A stretch of 35,706 nt of DNA from contig JBEKCB010000039.1 in assembly GCA_050015075.1 (NCBI GenBank), positions 1 to 35,706 on the forward strand. The letters are read 5' to 3'. The translations under genes were made by a program, and so were the position numbers. This DNA comes from Candidatus Brocadiia bacterium. Lineage in GTDB: Bacteria; Planctomycetota; Brocadiia; CAIUPP01. Position 1 is the stretch's first letter. Every line of letters starts with the position of its first letter. The notes under the pieces were generated by a model that saw only the letters and a list, made by a program, of their open reading frames with translations, did not search any database and was not told where the DNA came from. This document shows, one piece after another, positions 17,393 to 27,934 of the stretch.

Positions 17393-18433
17393 TCACCGCA
17401 CGAACAGAAACAGCGCGACGTAGAGGACCGGCATTCCTGCGAAGACCATGCCTTCCGTGAAGTGGTGCAGCTTCAGCGCGCGGGCCTGCTTTTCCGGTTT
17501 GCCCTGCATGAGATAGATGGCCAGGCTCAGGCAGAAGCTCACCAGCAGGATCAGGTACGTCAGCACCATGAATTTGTCCGCGAAAGTCAGGTAGCCCACC
17601 GGCGGAATCTGGCCGGAGATCGAGACGTGGAACATGGCCGAGGCGACCAGCGCCGAGCTGATGGCGCCCAGCCGAGTGGTCACCTTGTCCGGGTCGAGGA
17701 TGAAACTGGCCATCACGATCAGCATCAGGAAAAGCACCGGCAGGAAGGTCTTCAGGAAGGAGTTGACCGCAATCCGCGCGATGTCCACGCTGAAGAGGTA
17801 CTGCGAGTAAACCTCGTTTTTGCCTTCCGGCGTCTTGTAGACCGGGTACTCATGCTCGGCGGAAGTGGCCTCCCAGCCTTTGATGGCCCAGCCGGGGAAG
17901 ACGATGGCGCGGTCCATGCCGCTCTCGGCCGTCAGCGGAATATATTTCACCTTCTCGAGGCCGTTCGTCTTGTTCTCCAGGATAATCTGCATCTTCTGCG
18001 CGTCGAACGGGAAACGCCGCAGGTCAATGGGCGTGTTCAGGGTCGCCAGGACGCGGTAGAATTTCTCGTTGCCCTTGTCCTCGATCTTGTCGAACGTGCC
18101 GCGGCCGTTCATGAACTCGAGCGCGGCGCTTTCCTCCGCGATCTGGTTCTTGGGATCCTTGGACTTGAGATCCAGGTAGAAGTCCACGGTGAACGAGCCG
18201 GTGCTAATATCCAGCTTGCCGATGTCGAGGATGTAGATCCCGACGAGGATTTCCTGCTGCACCGCCGGCGCTTCGGGCGCGGCTGCGGGAGTCGCCGGCT
18301 GAGCTGCGGGCGGTTTCGCGGGTTCGGCGGCCGTCGCGGCGGGAGCGCTCGCGGAGACCTCCTGCGCGGCGGCGAAACGGGCAAAACCCGAAACGGCTGC
18401 GACGAACAACAGGGCGGTCAACAGTCTTCTCAC
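17393..18433 (-). CDS. Prokaryotic pentameric ligand-gated ion channel (GLIC/ELIC-like)
   Basis: Signal peptide plus Ala/Pro linker; VGIYILDIGKLD...SFTVDFYL; Pro-loop DLRRFPFDAQ; GW; M1 KTFLPV; M2; PPVGYLTFADKF before M3; M4 at the C-terminus. Confidence 0.85.
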   Translation of the reverse strand: MRRLLTALLFVAAVSGFARFAAAQEVSASAPAATAAEPAKPPAAQPATPAAAPEAPAVQQEILVGIYILDIGKLDISTGSFTVDFYLDLKSKDPKNQIAEESAALEFMNGRGTFDKIEDKGNEKFYRVLATLNTPIDLRRFPFDAQKMQIILENKTNGLEKVKYIPLTAESGMDRAIVFPGWAIKGWEATSAEHEYPVYKTPEGKNEVYSQYLFSVDIARIAVNSFLKTFLPVLFLMLIVMASFILDPDKVTTRLGAISSALVASAMFHVSISGQIPPVGYLTFADKFMVLTYLILLVSFCLSLAIYLMQGKPEKQARALKLHHFTEGMVFAGMPVLYVALFLFVR

Positions 18434-18498
18434 GGCTTGTGCCTTTTAGCTAAATCAGTCGTGGTCTGAAGTAGAGGCGTTCGCGGCCGATGCTCCTC

Positions 18499-19917
18499 TT
18501 ACGACCGGAACCGGAAATAGGCCTCCGCATTGTCGTGGCAGATGTCCCTGACTATGCCGCCGACGAGCGCCATGTCGCGCGGGATCAGGCCGGACTCGAT
18601 CTCTCCGCCGAGGATGTTGCAGAGGACGCGCCGGAAATACTCGTGCCGCGGATAGCTCAGGAACGAGCGGCTGTCGGTGGTCATGCCGATGAAACGGCTG
18701 AGAAGCCCGATGTTGCTGAGCGCTTCGATCTGGCGCTCCATGCCGTTCTTCTGGTCGAGGAACCACCACGCGCTACCGAACTGCATCTTGCCGGGGACGC
18801 GGCCGTCCTGGAAGTTCCCGGCCATCGCGGCGAGGAGTTCGTTGTCCGCCGGGTTGGCGTTGTAGAGGATCGTCTTCGTGAGCTTGCCCTTGCTGTCGAG
18901 CCGGTCGAGCATCCGCGCCAGCGGCCGGCCGATCTCGAAGTCGCCGATCGTGTCGAAGCCCGAATCCGGGCCGACCTCCTCGAACCGCCGGCTGTTGACG
19001 TTGCGCGGCGCGCCGAGATGGAACTGCTGGACCCAGCCTTTCTCGAAGTCCATGACCGCGAGTTCCTGGAGCATCGCCGACTTGAACTTCAGCGCCTCCG
19101 CGGCGTCCGGCTTTCGTCCGCGGCGGACCTTCGCGAAAATCGCCTTGATCTCCGCGCCGGTGCAGTCCTCGGCGCAGGCCGTATCGAGGCCGTGGTCGGA
19201 GAGCCGGCAGCCGGCGGCATGGAAGGAATCGTGCCGCCGGCGCAGCGCGTCGAGGTACGAGGCGTAGTCCTTGACGTGCACGTCGGCCGCGGCGGCCAGC
19301 CGGTCCACCCACGCGTTGAACGCCGCCGGCGATTCGACCGCCATGCCTTTGTCGGGCCGCCACGCCGGCAGCACGCGAACACGGAATGACGCGTCGGCCG
19401 CGATGGCCTTGTGGGATTCGAGGCTGTCGGCCGGGTCGTCCGTCGTGCAGACGACTTCCACGTTCATCCGGCGCAGAAGCCCGCGGCAGGAGAACTCCGG
19501 CCGGGCCAGCTTGGCGTTGCATTCCTCCCAGATGGCCTTCGCCGTCCGCGGATTCAGCAGTCGGTCGCCGATGCCGAAGATGCGCAGGAGCTCCAGGTGC
19601 GTCCAGTGATAGAGCGGATTCCGGAGCGTTTGCGGGACCGTCTCCGCCCACTTCTGGAACTTCTCCCAGCCGGGGGCCGCGCCTGTGCAGAAACGTTCGT
19701 CCACGCCGCACGCGCGCAGCGCGCGCCACTTGTAATGGTCGCCGGTGAGCCAGATTTCCGCCAGGTTCTTGAAGCGGTGGTCGCCGGCGATCTGCGCGGC
19801 GGGCAGGTGGGAGTGATAATCAATGATCGGCAGCGACTCGGCATAGTCATGATACAACCGCCGCGCCGCGGGAGTCTGCAGCAGGAAATCCTCGGTGATG
19901 AATGCGCGCCTGGCCAT
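18499..19917 (-). CDS. uxaC: Glucuronate (uronate) isomerase
   Basis: FITEDFLL, PIIDYHSHL, GDHYKWRALR, NPLYHWTHLEL, CTTDDP, GSAWWFLDQK, GMTTDSRSFLSYPRHEYFRR. Confidence 0.97.
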   Translation of the reverse strand: MARRAFITEDFLLQTPAARRLYHDYAESLPIIDYHSHLPAAQIAGDHRFKNLAEIWLTGDHYKWRALRACGVDERFCTGAAPGWEKFQKWAETVPQTLRNPLYHWTHLELLRIFGIGDRLLNPRTAKAIWEECNAKLARPEFSCRGLLRRMNVEVVCTTDDPADSLESHKAIAADASFRVRVLPAWRPDKGMAVESPAAFNAWVDRLAAAADVHVKDYASYLDALRRRHDSFHAAGCRLSDHGLDTACAEDCTGAEIKAIFAKVRRGRKPDAAEALKFKSAMLQELAVMDFEKGWVQQFHLGAPRNVNSRRFEEVGPDSGFDTIGDFEIGRPLARMLDRLDSKGKLTKTILYNANPADNELLAAMAGNFQDGRVPGKMQFGSAWWFLDQKNGMERQIEALSNIGLLSRFIGMTTDSRSFLSYPRHEYFRRVLCNILGGEIESGLIPRDMALVGGIVRDICHDNAEAYFRFRS

Positions 19918-20104
19918 CGTTCGGCTCCTTGTCCTTGCTTCGCGTTCAAGAGACGTACTCGTCCGGCGGCCGTCGCCCGCGCATCATATAGAACCTTTTT
20001 CCTGTGGTCAAACGCGGCTGGGCTTCGCCCCGGATTTGAAAACCTGCCGCATTGCGTTAGAATGCGCGGCTGAGGTGTCGAAAGAGCGGTCACAGGGTTC
20101 GCGA

Positions 20105-20389
20105 ATGAAGATTACCTTTGGAAGAATTCTGAGCTTCCTGATCGTTATCGCTTATATGATCGGCATTATTGTCGAGGTGGGATGGGCGCCTGCTTGCCTC
20201 GTGATCTGTTTGGTCCCGTTTTTTCCATTGGCGCTCATCTGGTTCCCGGACGAGTTTGGCGCCTTTACGAACACGAGCGGGTTCTGGAGCATTAATGAAG
20301 AGACGCCTGCGATATTTGTTTCGATTATGGGTTGGATGCTTCTCCTGGGCATGCCGTTCCTTTTCTATTTCTGCTTCCTGGATAAATAA
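20105..20389 (+). CDS. Small three-TM membrane protein, lower GC, unknown function
   Basis: ATG 20105, MKITFGRILSFLIV...; hydrophobic segments; many A/T-ending codons; upstream TTGAAA-N16-TAGAAT (20036-20063). Confidence 0.7.
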   Translation: MKITFGRILSFLIVIAYMIGIIVEVGWAPACLVICLVPFFPLALIWFPDEFGAFTNTSGFWSINEETPAIFVSIMGWMLLLGMPFLFYFCFLDK

Positions 20390-20403
20390 GGAGTGAGCTC
20401 ATC

Positions 20404-20682
20404 ATGCAGTGGCGACAAGTTGATTCCGATGGCCGGCCGGGTCCGTGGGGCAGGTCGTGCCTGATCTCGCTGGTTCCGGGGGCGCTGTTCGTGACGGCGG
20501 CGGTGCTGCTGCTGGCGCTGCTGCTGGTGAAGCTGCTCTGGGCGTGGACGGTTCCCGAGCTTTTCCCCGGCGCGGTGAAAACCGGGCTGATCGCCGAAAC
20601 CATCTCGTGGTACGCCGCGTTCAAGCTCGCGATCTTCATCGCGGTGCTCGCCGGGGTCGCCCGCGCGGGTAGAGGCCGTTGA
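20404..20682 (+). CDS. Small membrane protein, hypothetical
   Basis: AAGGAG RBS at about 20388-20393; two hydrophobic helices flanking LLWAWTVPELFPGAV. Confidence 0.7.
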   Translation: MQWRQVDSDGRPGPWGRSCLISLVPGALFVTAAVLLLALLLVKLLWAWTVPELFPGAVKTGLIAETISWYAAFKLAIFIAVLAGVARAGRGR

Positions 20683-22107
20683 TCACGACGGCTGCGTGGA
20701 CGCGGCCGGATTTCGCGCCAGGGATTCCGCGGTCTGCGGGCGGAAGCTCGCGGGGTCTTTCACGGGCTTCAGGAGGATCGGAACTGCGATGATCCCCAGG
20801 ACGGCGGAGACGACAAAGATCGCGTGGAAGATGCTGAAGGTCCGGCCGCCGAGGACGCAGTGCCAGCCCGCGAACCTCCTCGCGATGAGCCCGGCCGCCA
20901 ATGCGCCGAGGCCGTTGCCGATGAAGGCGGACGTGTCCGAGACGGCGATGTACATCGCCCGCTGCGCCGGCGTGGGAAAACGCGTGACCAGCTTCGTCGC
21001 CGCGTTTGCCGCCGCCGTCACCGCGGTGCCGCCCACGAGGCTCGATCCGCAGACCCAGAAGGCCGCCGTCTGCGGAGTGGCGAATATCCAGAACAACGGC
21101 GCCGGCGCCCAGGCCAGGTACGCCCAGTAGATGACCTTCTTCGGCCCGACGCGGTCAATGAGCCCGCCCGACCACGTGGCGGTCAGAACGCTTCCGAGCA
21201 ACGGCACCACCGTGATCACGATCATCCCCACCAGGAAATGGCGTTGCAGCTTCAGGTTGTCCATGCAGAAGAGCAGCGCCAGCGTGCCGCCCAGCGAGAT
21301 GATGAAATACCAGATCAGGTTGCACTTCAGCCAGGGCCGGAAGTTAATGTCGCGGATCGGAAGGAGGATTTCCTCCAGAAAGCTGTTCTCCGGCGGCTTG
21401 GCCATGGGCGGTTCCGGGATCGTCCCGTGGATGATCAGGTCGAGCAGTCCGAAGATCGTCGCGGCGATGAAGATAATCACCGTCAGTTCCAGCTTCCAGC
21501 GCTCCTGCGTGCGGTCCATGAGGACCGCGGCGCTCATCAGTGCGATAATCATGATGATCGCGATCCACGCCGTGCGCTTGCCCCAGAATCGGCCGTGGAC
21601 TTCCTCGGGAATGTAGTCCGCGACCCACGAGAGCCACGGCGTCGTGGACATGGCGCCGAAGCAGTTCGCGACGCAGATCGCGGCGATCAGGACCGTCGCC
21701 GCTGACGAATAGTGCGCGTGCCAGAGCCAGAGCGAGAGCACAATGCCCAGGAAGCGCAGCGTGCGGTCGGAGAAAGCGCAGATGAACCAGATCAGCTTGC
21801 GGCACATGAACCGGTGCGTCGCGCGCGCCGAGAGGATTTCCGCCGAGAGGCCCCACGACACGATGGCGCCCATGATCCCCCAGTGGAACGGCTTCAAGCC
21901 GATGCGCATGCCGTAATAGGTGAAGAACATGCCCGTGATGACCGAGCCCCAGATGCTGCCCAGCGCGCCGGTGTAGATGTGCTTGCGCATGATGCTCGGC
22001 AGTTGCCAGGGCTGCACGATGCGCCGCGCGAAGTAACGTCGGAGAAAGATTTCCGCCTCGGTCAGCGGCGTGCGAATCCGCCGGAGGGGCGTTTGCAATG
22101 CTTCCAT
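20683..22107 (-). CDS. MFS transporter
   Basis: About 12 TM segments; WLSWVADYIPEEVHGRFWGKR; motif-A-like GGLIDRVGPKK. Confidence 0.85.
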   Translation of the reverse strand: MEALQTPLRRIRTPLTEAEIFLRRYFARRIVQPWQLPSIMRKHIYTGALGSIWGSVITGMFFTYYGMRIGLKPFHWGIMGAIVSWGLSAEILSARATHRFMCRKLIWFICAFSDRTLRFLGIVLSLWLWHAHYSSAATVLIAAICVANCFGAMSTTPWLSWVADYIPEEVHGRFWGKRTAWIAIIMIIALMSAAVLMDRTQERWKLELTVIIFIAATIFGLLDLIIHGTIPEPPMAKPPENSFLEEILLPIRDINFRPWLKCNLIWYFIISLGGTLALLFCMDNLKLQRHFLVGMIVITVVPLLGSVLTATWSGGLIDRVGPKKVIYWAYLAWAPAPLFWIFATPQTAAFWVCGSSLVGGTAVTAAANAATKLVTRFPTPAQRAMYIAVSDTSAFIGNGLGALAAGLIARRFAGWHCVLGGRTFSIFHAIFVVSAVLGIIAVPILLKPVKDPASFRPQTAESLARNPAASTQPS

Positions 22108-22162
22108 GATCGTCCCGGTTAGCCGCAGGCCGTCAGCATGACGCGGCGATGATTGGGCCAGA

Positions 22163-22189
22163 TTGACACGACTGCGAAACCGGTATAAT
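22163..22189 (+). promoter_or_regulatory. Consensus sigma70 hexamers, probably giving a leaderless mRNA
   Basis: TTGACA (22163-22168)-N15-TATAAT (22184-22189); ATG follows after only 8 nt with no SD. Confidence 0.6.
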
Positions 22190-22197
22190 ATCCGAAT

Positions 22198-23382
22198 ATG
22201 AGCGATGCGCGCAACTTACGAGGCATTACGGCGCTGCTCTCGCGGCTGATCGCCTGCCCGAGCGTGAACCCCAACAATCGCCCGTTCACCGGCGCGCCCT
22301 ACGGCGAGGAGCGCATGGCGCGGCTCCTGTCCGACTTGGTCGGCGGCTGGGGCGCGGAGGTCTCCGTGCGCGAAGTGCTGCCCGGGCGTTTCAACTTCAT
22401 CGCGCGGTTCAAGGGGAAGAAGCCGCATCCGTCGCTGATGCTCGAGGCGCACAGCGACACGGTCGAAGTCGCCGATATGTCCATCCCGCCGTTCGAGCCG
22501 CGCATCGCCGGCGGCCGCATGTACGGACGCGGCGCGTGCGACGACAAGGGGCCGATGACGGCGATGCTGCTCGGCTTGCGCGCGGTGCTGGACGGGGATG
22601 GCGAGCTTCCTGCGGACGTCTATTTCGCGGCGACCTGCAACGAGGAGCGCGGCGCCGCGGGCGCGAGAGGCCTGATGGCGGAAGGGCTCCGCCCGGACGC
22701 GGCGCTGGTCGCCGAGCCGACGAACCTGGAGATCGTGGACGCGCACAAGGGCGTCGTGCGCTGGCGGATTCAGACTCGCGGCGTGGCCGCGCACAGTTCC
22801 GCGCCCGAGAGCGGCGTGAACGCGATTTCGGCGATGGCGCGCCTGGTCGAGCGGATCACCGGTCCGGTGGCCGGTGCGCTGGCGAAGAAGCACCACCCGC
22901 GCCTCGGCTCGCCGACCGTCTGCGTCGGCACGATCCGCGGCGGCACGCAGGTGAACGTCGTCCCCGCGCAATGCGAGATCGAGGTGGACCGCCGCCTGCT
23001 TCCGGACGAGACAGCCGAGCGGGCGACGGCGGACCTCGTGCGGGAACTCGAGAACCTGAAGGGGAGCTCAGCCGGCTTCGAGTATTCGCTCGAGGAGATC
23101 GAGCAGTACCCGCCGCTGGAGGAAGACCCGAAAGGCCCGATTGCGTCCGCCGTCGCCGGCGCCTGCGCGAAGGTGCTGGGCCGGGCGACGTTTGCCGCCG
23201 CGCCGTGGGGCGCCGACAGCGGCGTATTCAAGAGCGCCGGCATCCCGTGCGTGCTTTTCGGCCCCGGATCCATTCGCCAGGCCCACACGCGCGACGAGTT
23301 CGTGGAACTCGAACAGGTCGCGCAGGCCGTCGGCGTATACGCCGAGGTCATCCGCCGTTTCGGGCGCTCGAGCGGCGCCTGA
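22198..23382 (+). CDS. M20 family metallo-amidohydrolase (ArgE/DapE-like)
   Basis: [56 protein letters not shown]. Confidence 0.92.
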   Translation: MSDARNLRGITALLSRLIACPSVNPNNRPFTGAPYGEERMARLLSDLVGGWGAEVSVREVLPGRFNFIARFKGKKPHPSLMLEAHSDTVEVADMSIPPFEPRIAGGRMYGRGACDDKGPMTAMLLGLRAVLDGDGELPADVYFAATCNEERGAAGARGLMAEGLRPDAALVAEPTNLEIVDAHKGVVRWRIQTRGVAAHSSAPESGVNAISAMARLVERITGPVAGALAKKHHPRLGSPTVCVGTIRGGTQVNVVPAQCEIEVDRRLLPDETAERATADLVRELENLKGSSAGFEYSLEEIEQYPPLEEDPKGPIASAVAGACAKVLGRATFAAAPWGADSGVFKSAGIPCVLFGPGSIRQAHTRDEFVELEQVAQAVGVYAEVIRRFGRSSGA

Positions 23383-25663
23383 CTTCCCGGAGACCGCGCT
23401 CGAACGCGCTTTCGAGGCGGAGCGAATTGGCCACCACATTGACCGAGCTCAGCGCCATGGCCGCCTCGGCGATGAGCGGGTGCAGCAGGCCGAGCACGGC
23501 CAGCGGTACGGCCAGCACATTGTAGCCGACGGCCCAGAAGAGGTTCTGCCGGATTTTCCGGAACGTCGCGCGCGAGAGCAGCACCGCGTCAACGACCCCG
23601 GAGAGGTCGTCGCGGACCAGCGCGATGTCCGCCGACTCGATGGCGATGTCGGTGCCGGAGCCCATCGCGATGCCCACGTCCGCCGTCGCCAGCGCGCCGG
23701 CGTCATTGATCCCGTCCCCGACCATCGCCGTCGGCCCGAATTTCGCGCGAAGCTCCTCGACCGCGCGCGCTTTGTCCGCGGGCAGGACATCCGCCATCAC
23801 GTCGTCAATGTCCACTTGCTTCGCGACGGCGCGCGCCGTGCGCTCGTGATCGCCGGTGATCATCACCACGCGCAGCCCCAGCGCCTTCAGCGCGCGAATC
23901 GCGGCGGCCGAGTCCTCCTTCACCGTGTCCATGACGCCGATCGCGCCGATGGCCTGTCCGTCCGCGGCCACGAGAACAACGGTCTTGCCATCGGCCTGGA
24001 ACTGTTCAACAATTGAACGAACGCCGGCAAGGTTCACGCCGGCCCGGGACAGGTACTCGGGTTTCCCGACCCGGATTTTCCGCCCGCCGACGGTCGCGCG
24101 CGTGCCCTGGCCGGGGACGGCCTCGAAACGCGCCGCCTCCTGCGGCTCGATGCCTTGTCGTCGGGCGTGGGCGACGATCATGCGAGCGATCGGATGTTCC
24201 GAGGCTTTTTCGACGGACGCCGCAAGTCGCAGGACTTCCTCTGACGTAACTCCCTCGGCGGGTGTGACTTCCGCCACCTCCGGTTTGCCGCGGGTAATGG
24301 TGCCGGTCTTGTCGAGTATCACCACTCGGACCGAGCGCATCAATTGGATCGCCTCGCCGTTGCGGATCAGGATTCCGTGCTTCGCGCCGAGTCCGGCGGC
24401 TACCATCAGCGCGGTCGGCGTGGCGAGTCCCATCGCGCACGGACAGGCGATGACGAGCACCGCGACTCCGGCGAACACGGCCAGCGACAGGGTTTTCACG
24501 CCGGATACCTTGACCCACGGCAGGAAGCCGGCCGCCCACGCCGCGACGGCGCGCATCGGGTCCGGGAAGAGCAGCCAGAGCAGGAACGTCGCCAGGGCGA
24601 TGCCGAGGATGATCGGGACGAAGATGCCGGTGACGCGGTCGGCGAACTGCTGGATGGGCAGCTTGGAACTCTGCGCTTCGCGGACGATGCGGACGACCTG
24701 CGCGAAGTAGGTGTCGCGGCCCACGCGCGTGGCGCGGACGCGGAGAAACCCGTTCAGGTTGACCGTCGCGCCGATGACGGTGTCGCCGGTCGTCTTGTCC
24801 ACCGGCAGCGGCTCGCCGCGCGCGGCGGACTCGTCCACGGCACTCTCGCCCGAGATGACCTCGCCGTCGGTCGGAATCTTCTCGCCCGGACGGATGATGA
24901 GCACGTCGCCGACTTTGACCGCTTCGCCGGGGATGACGACTTCCTGCCCATCGCGTTCCACGCGCGCCGTCTTCGCGCCGAGTTCGAGCAGCAACCGGAG
25001 CGCGCGGCCCGCGCGCGTCCGGGCACGCGTCTCGATGTAACGGCCGGTCAGGTGAAAGGCCATGATCATCGCGGCGACGGCGGCGTAGTTGGCCACCGGC
25101 AAGCCCGCCAGTGAAAGCGGGCCGGTGACGAACGCCGCGACCGTGCCCAGCAGGATCAGCGTGTCCATGCTCGGCACGAGATGGACCGCCGTCTTCACGC
25201 CCCGGACATAAGTCTCCGCGCCGGCAATCGCCAGCACGGGCAGCGCCAGGAGCACTTCCAGCAGCGCCTCGACCCAATCGTGCTGCCGCATCGGCATGAG
25301 GCCGGTCATGTGGAGGATCATCAGCGCCATGACCGGACCGGTCAGCGCCCAGGCGAGCGCCATCCGGCCGAGCGAGCGGCGCAGTGCGCGCTCAGCCTTC
25401 CGTTCGTCCGGCTCCGCGGCGGCCCCGGCCGTTTCGCGCGCCGAGTAGCCGGCGCTCTGGACCGCCTCGACCAGTTGGGCTGGAGTCTGCCGCGCCGGAT
25501 CGAAGACTACCGCGGCTTCGCCGGTGGCCAGGTTGACCGCGGCGGAGGCGACGCCGGGCAATTTCGTCAACGCCGTTTCGACCGTGTGGACACATCCTGC
25601 GCAGCTCATGCCCTCAACGGCCAGGAGAATACGTTGCTGAGACACAGGCGGCCTGTTTTCCAA
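23348..25663 (-). CDS. copA: Cu(+)-translocating P1B-1 ATPase
   Basis: HMA GMSCAGC, CPC, DKTGT, HP, GDGIND, YN and MALSS Cu(I) motifs; TTG start after AGGAG. Confidence 0.9.
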   Translation of the reverse strand: MENRPPVSQQRILLAVEGMSCAGCVHTVETALTKLPGVASAAVNLATGEAAVVFDPARQTPAQLVEAVQSAGYSARETAGAAAEPDERKAERALRRSLGRMALAWALTGPVMALMILHMTGLMPMRQHDWVEALLEVLLALPVLAIAGAETYVRGVKTAVHLVPSMDTLILLGTVAAFVTGPLSLAGLPVANYAAVAAMIMAFHLTGRYIETRARTRAGRALRLLLELGAKTARVERDGQEVVIPGEAVKVGDVLIIRPGEKIPTDGEVISGESAVDESAARGEPLPVDKTTGDTVIGATVNLNGFLRVRATRVGRDTYFAQVVRIVREAQSSKLPIQQFADRVTGIFVPIILGIALATFLLWLLFPDPMRAVAAWAAGFLPWVKVSGVKTLSLAVFAGVAVLVIACPCAMGLATPTALMVAAGLGAKHGILIRNGEAIQLMRSVRVVILDKTGTITRGKPEVAEVTPAEGVTSEEVLRLAASVEKASEHPIARMIVAHARRQGIEPQEAARFEAVPGQGTRATVGGRKIRVGKPEYLSRAGVNLAGVRSIVEQFQADGKTVVLVAADGQAIGAIGVMDTVKEDSAAAIRALKALGLRVVMITGDHERTARAVAKQVDIDDVMADVLPADKARAVEELRAKFGPTAMVGDGINDAGALATADVGIAMGSGTDIAIESADIALVRDDLSGVVDAVLLSRATFRKIRQNLFWAVGYNVLAVPLAVLGLLHPLIAEAAMALSSVNVVANSLRLESAFERGLREVRRRSSARNGG

Positions 25664-25773
25664 CTCGCTCTCCTTCGGGCGCGCCCACTATCGGAGAATA
25701 TGACAGAAAGTACCCACTATGAGGTAATTATAGCAGAAAATCGCCTCGCGCAGCACGCCCCTGAAAACAGGAA

Positions 25774-25802
25774 TTGACGCGGTGCAGGTCTTGCGGTATA
25801 AT
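25774..25802 (+). promoter_or_regulatory. Sigma70 promoter of the signalling operon
   Basis: TTGACG-N17-TATAAT. Confidence 0.7.
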
Positions 25803-25881
25803 CCACCCGATTTTAGCGGCGTCAGGCCAGCGCCTTTTCACGCCAGGGAAAAGGAGCTAACGCACTCGGGGTCCCGAAATT

Positions 25882-26862
25882 ATGGAGTCGCTCGCACTCG
25901 CGACGGTTGTCGTTGACACCGGTGGGACCATCAGCGCAGTAGACGGCGCCGCTTGCGGCATTGTCCTCGGCAACGATCTCGTCGGCCGGACCTGGGCGGA
26001 AGTTTTCGCCGGCTGGAGCCTGCCGACGGCGCTTCCGGAAGACCCCAAAGCTTATCCATTCCTCCTCCGCGGCCGCACTCCGAAAGGCGATCCGGTTTTC
26101 GTCGAAATGATCCGCCTGCCTCAGAACGGCGCCGGCCGGCCCATCATGGCGCTCTTCCGCTCCGACGAAGTGACCGCGCTTCCGTATCGGCTTCAGCAGC
26201 TTTGCGCCGTGGGCGAGGTCGCCTGCAGCGTTTCGCACGAGATGAACAACGCCCTGACGCTGGTGTGCGGCTGGCTGGAAGTGCTGCGCGGCGAACTCGG
26301 CGAGAACAGCCCGCACCTGCGGACGATCAACGTGGTGCGCGACGAGGCGGCGCGCACGGCCGAGCTGACGCGCAACTTGCAGGAAGTCGCGCGGGGCGCG
26401 TCTGAGACGCCGCGCGATCTCGACCTCAACGAACTCCTGGGCGAGGTCACCGGACTGGTTCGCCGCGAGATGGAGAAGAACCGCATTGTCGTGGATTCGC
26501 AGATCGCGCCGGACCTTCCCACCGTCTGCGGAAGCGCGGGGCGCCTGAAACAGGCGCTGCTGAACCTGCTCGTCAACGCGCGCCAGGCCATGCCCGACGG
26601 TGGGCGGATCGTCCTCACCGCCGGCCGCGAGGGCGACGGCCGCGTGGCGGTGTCGGTGCAGGACACCGGCTGCGGCATCCCGCTGGAACTGCGCGCGCAC
26701 GTCTTCCGCACGTTCTTCACCACGAAGACCGACGGCACCGGCCTGGGACTGCCGATCACGAAGAAGATCGTCGAGGACCACGGCGGCGCGATCCAGATGG
26801 AAAGCGAGCCGGGCCACGGCGCCCGCTTCACGATCCGGCTTCCGGCGAGGGCCGAACCATGA
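25882..26862 (+). CDS. Cytoplasmic histidine kinase (short PAS-like N-terminus, HisKA, HATPase)
   Basis: H-box SHEMNNAL, N-box QALLNLLVNA, DTGCG, FFTTK, GTGLGL; no TM helix. Confidence 0.9.
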   Translation: MESLALATVVVDTGGTISAVDGAACGIVLGNDLVGRTWAEVFAGWSLPTALPEDPKAYPFLLRGRTPKGDPVFVEMIRLPQNGAGRPIMALFRSDEVTALPYRLQQLCAVGEVACSVSHEMNNALTLVCGWLEVLRGELGENSPHLRTINVVRDEAARTAELTRNLQEVARGASETPRDLDLNELLGEVTGLVRREMEKNRIVVDSQIAPDLPTVCGSAGRLKQALLNLLVNARQAMPDGGRIVLTAGREGDGRVAVSVQDTGCGIPLELRAHVFRTFFTTKTDGTGLGLPITKKIVEDHGGAIQMESEPGHGARFTIRLPARAEP

Positions 26863-27920
26863 GCGTGCCCCGGAACATCCTGGTCCTCAGTTCCTCGATC
26901 GAGCAGATGGAGCCGGCGCTCGAAGCGCTGGCGAAGCGCGGCGTCGCGACGAAATGTGTCACCGAGTGCTACCGCTTCGTGGCCGCCTTCGCCCTGGCGA
27001 AGCCCGACATAGCGATCGTGGACGCCGAGGGGTTCCGCAAGCAGGACCTGGAGATGCTCCGCGTCCTGCGCGACATCCGCCCTCAGAGCGGCATCATCGT
27101 CCTCGTGAATCCCGACCAGCGCGACATTGCGGCGGGGGTGTTCTGCCAGGGCGCCGATTTCTATCTGCTCAAGCCGGTGGACCGGCTGGAACTCCTCGAG
27201 GCGGTTTCGCGCGTCGGGCTCGGGCACGAGACGCCGGATTCGGAGGCCACCGACGCAAACCGGGTGCAGGTGTTCTCGCGGTTCGCCGCCGGCATCGCGG
27301 AGAAAATCAACACGCCCCTGGCGGTCGTGAGCGGCTGGCTGCAATTGCTCGGCCACGACTACGCCGCGGATCCCTCGCTCGTTGACAAGCTCAACCTGAT
27401 GAAGGAAGAGACCGACCGGATTGCGGACACCACGCGCCAACTCCTGGCATTCGCCGCGCAGACGCCGCCGCGGAACGAGCGCGTGGACCTTTCCCAGCTC
27501 CTCGCCGAACTCGGACGCCTCTACGCGGCTCGCTGCCGCGAGAAGGGCGTGCTGGTCGCGACGGACATCCCCGACGACCTGCCGCCGGTGCTCGGCGACG
27601 AGACTCAACTGCGCCAGGCGCTCGACGCGATCCTCCAGCACACGGAGGCCGCCCTGACCGAACGCTGCAAGCTCGAGATCGTGTCGCGGCCGAGGGCGGA
27701 CGGCGTCGAGATCGTCTTCCGGGACAATGGCCCGCCGATTCCGCCGGACCGGGTGAAGGGATTGTTCGACCCGTTCGCGCCGACGCGCATCAGCGACAGC
27801 AAAGGGCTCGGCCTGGCCATCGCCCACGGCATGATTCAGAACCACGGCGGCAAAATCCAGGCCATGAGCGACAGTTCGCCGATGACGCAGTTCACAGTCT
27901 GGCTCCCGTGTCCGAAGTGA
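26859..27920 (+). CDS. Degenerate receiver fused to a histidine-kinase-like domain (probable pseudokinase)
   Basis: REC-like (IAIVD, GADFYLLKP) but LVLSSS replaces the acidic pair. H-box reads AEKINTPL (no His), N-box reads QALDAILQH, while DNG and GLGL are retained. ATGA coupling with the upstream HK. Confidence 0.8.
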   Translation: MSVPRNILVLSSSIEQMEPALEALAKRGVATKCVTECYRFVAAFALAKPDIAIVDAEGFRKQDLEMLRVLRDIRPQSGIIVLVNPDQRDIAAGVFCQGADFYLLKPVDRLELLEAVSRVGLGHETPDSEATDANRVQVFSRFAAGIAEKINTPLAVVSGWLQLLGHDYAADPSLVDKLNLMKEETDRIADTTRQLLAFAAQTPPRNERVDLSQLLAELGRLYAARCREKGVLVATDIPDDLPPVLGDETQLRQALDAILQHTEAALTERCKLEIVSRPRADGVEIVFRDNGPPIPPDRVKGLFDPFAPTRISDSKGLGLAIAHGMIQNHGGKIQAMSDSSPMTQFTVWLPCPK

Positions 27921-27934
27921 ATTCCGGAGAACGC

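Noticed and set aside
23348-23382. 35-nt convergent overlap of the M20 peptidase and copA
   Set aside because: Short 3' overlaps are common in high-GC genomes, and there is no further evidence of function.
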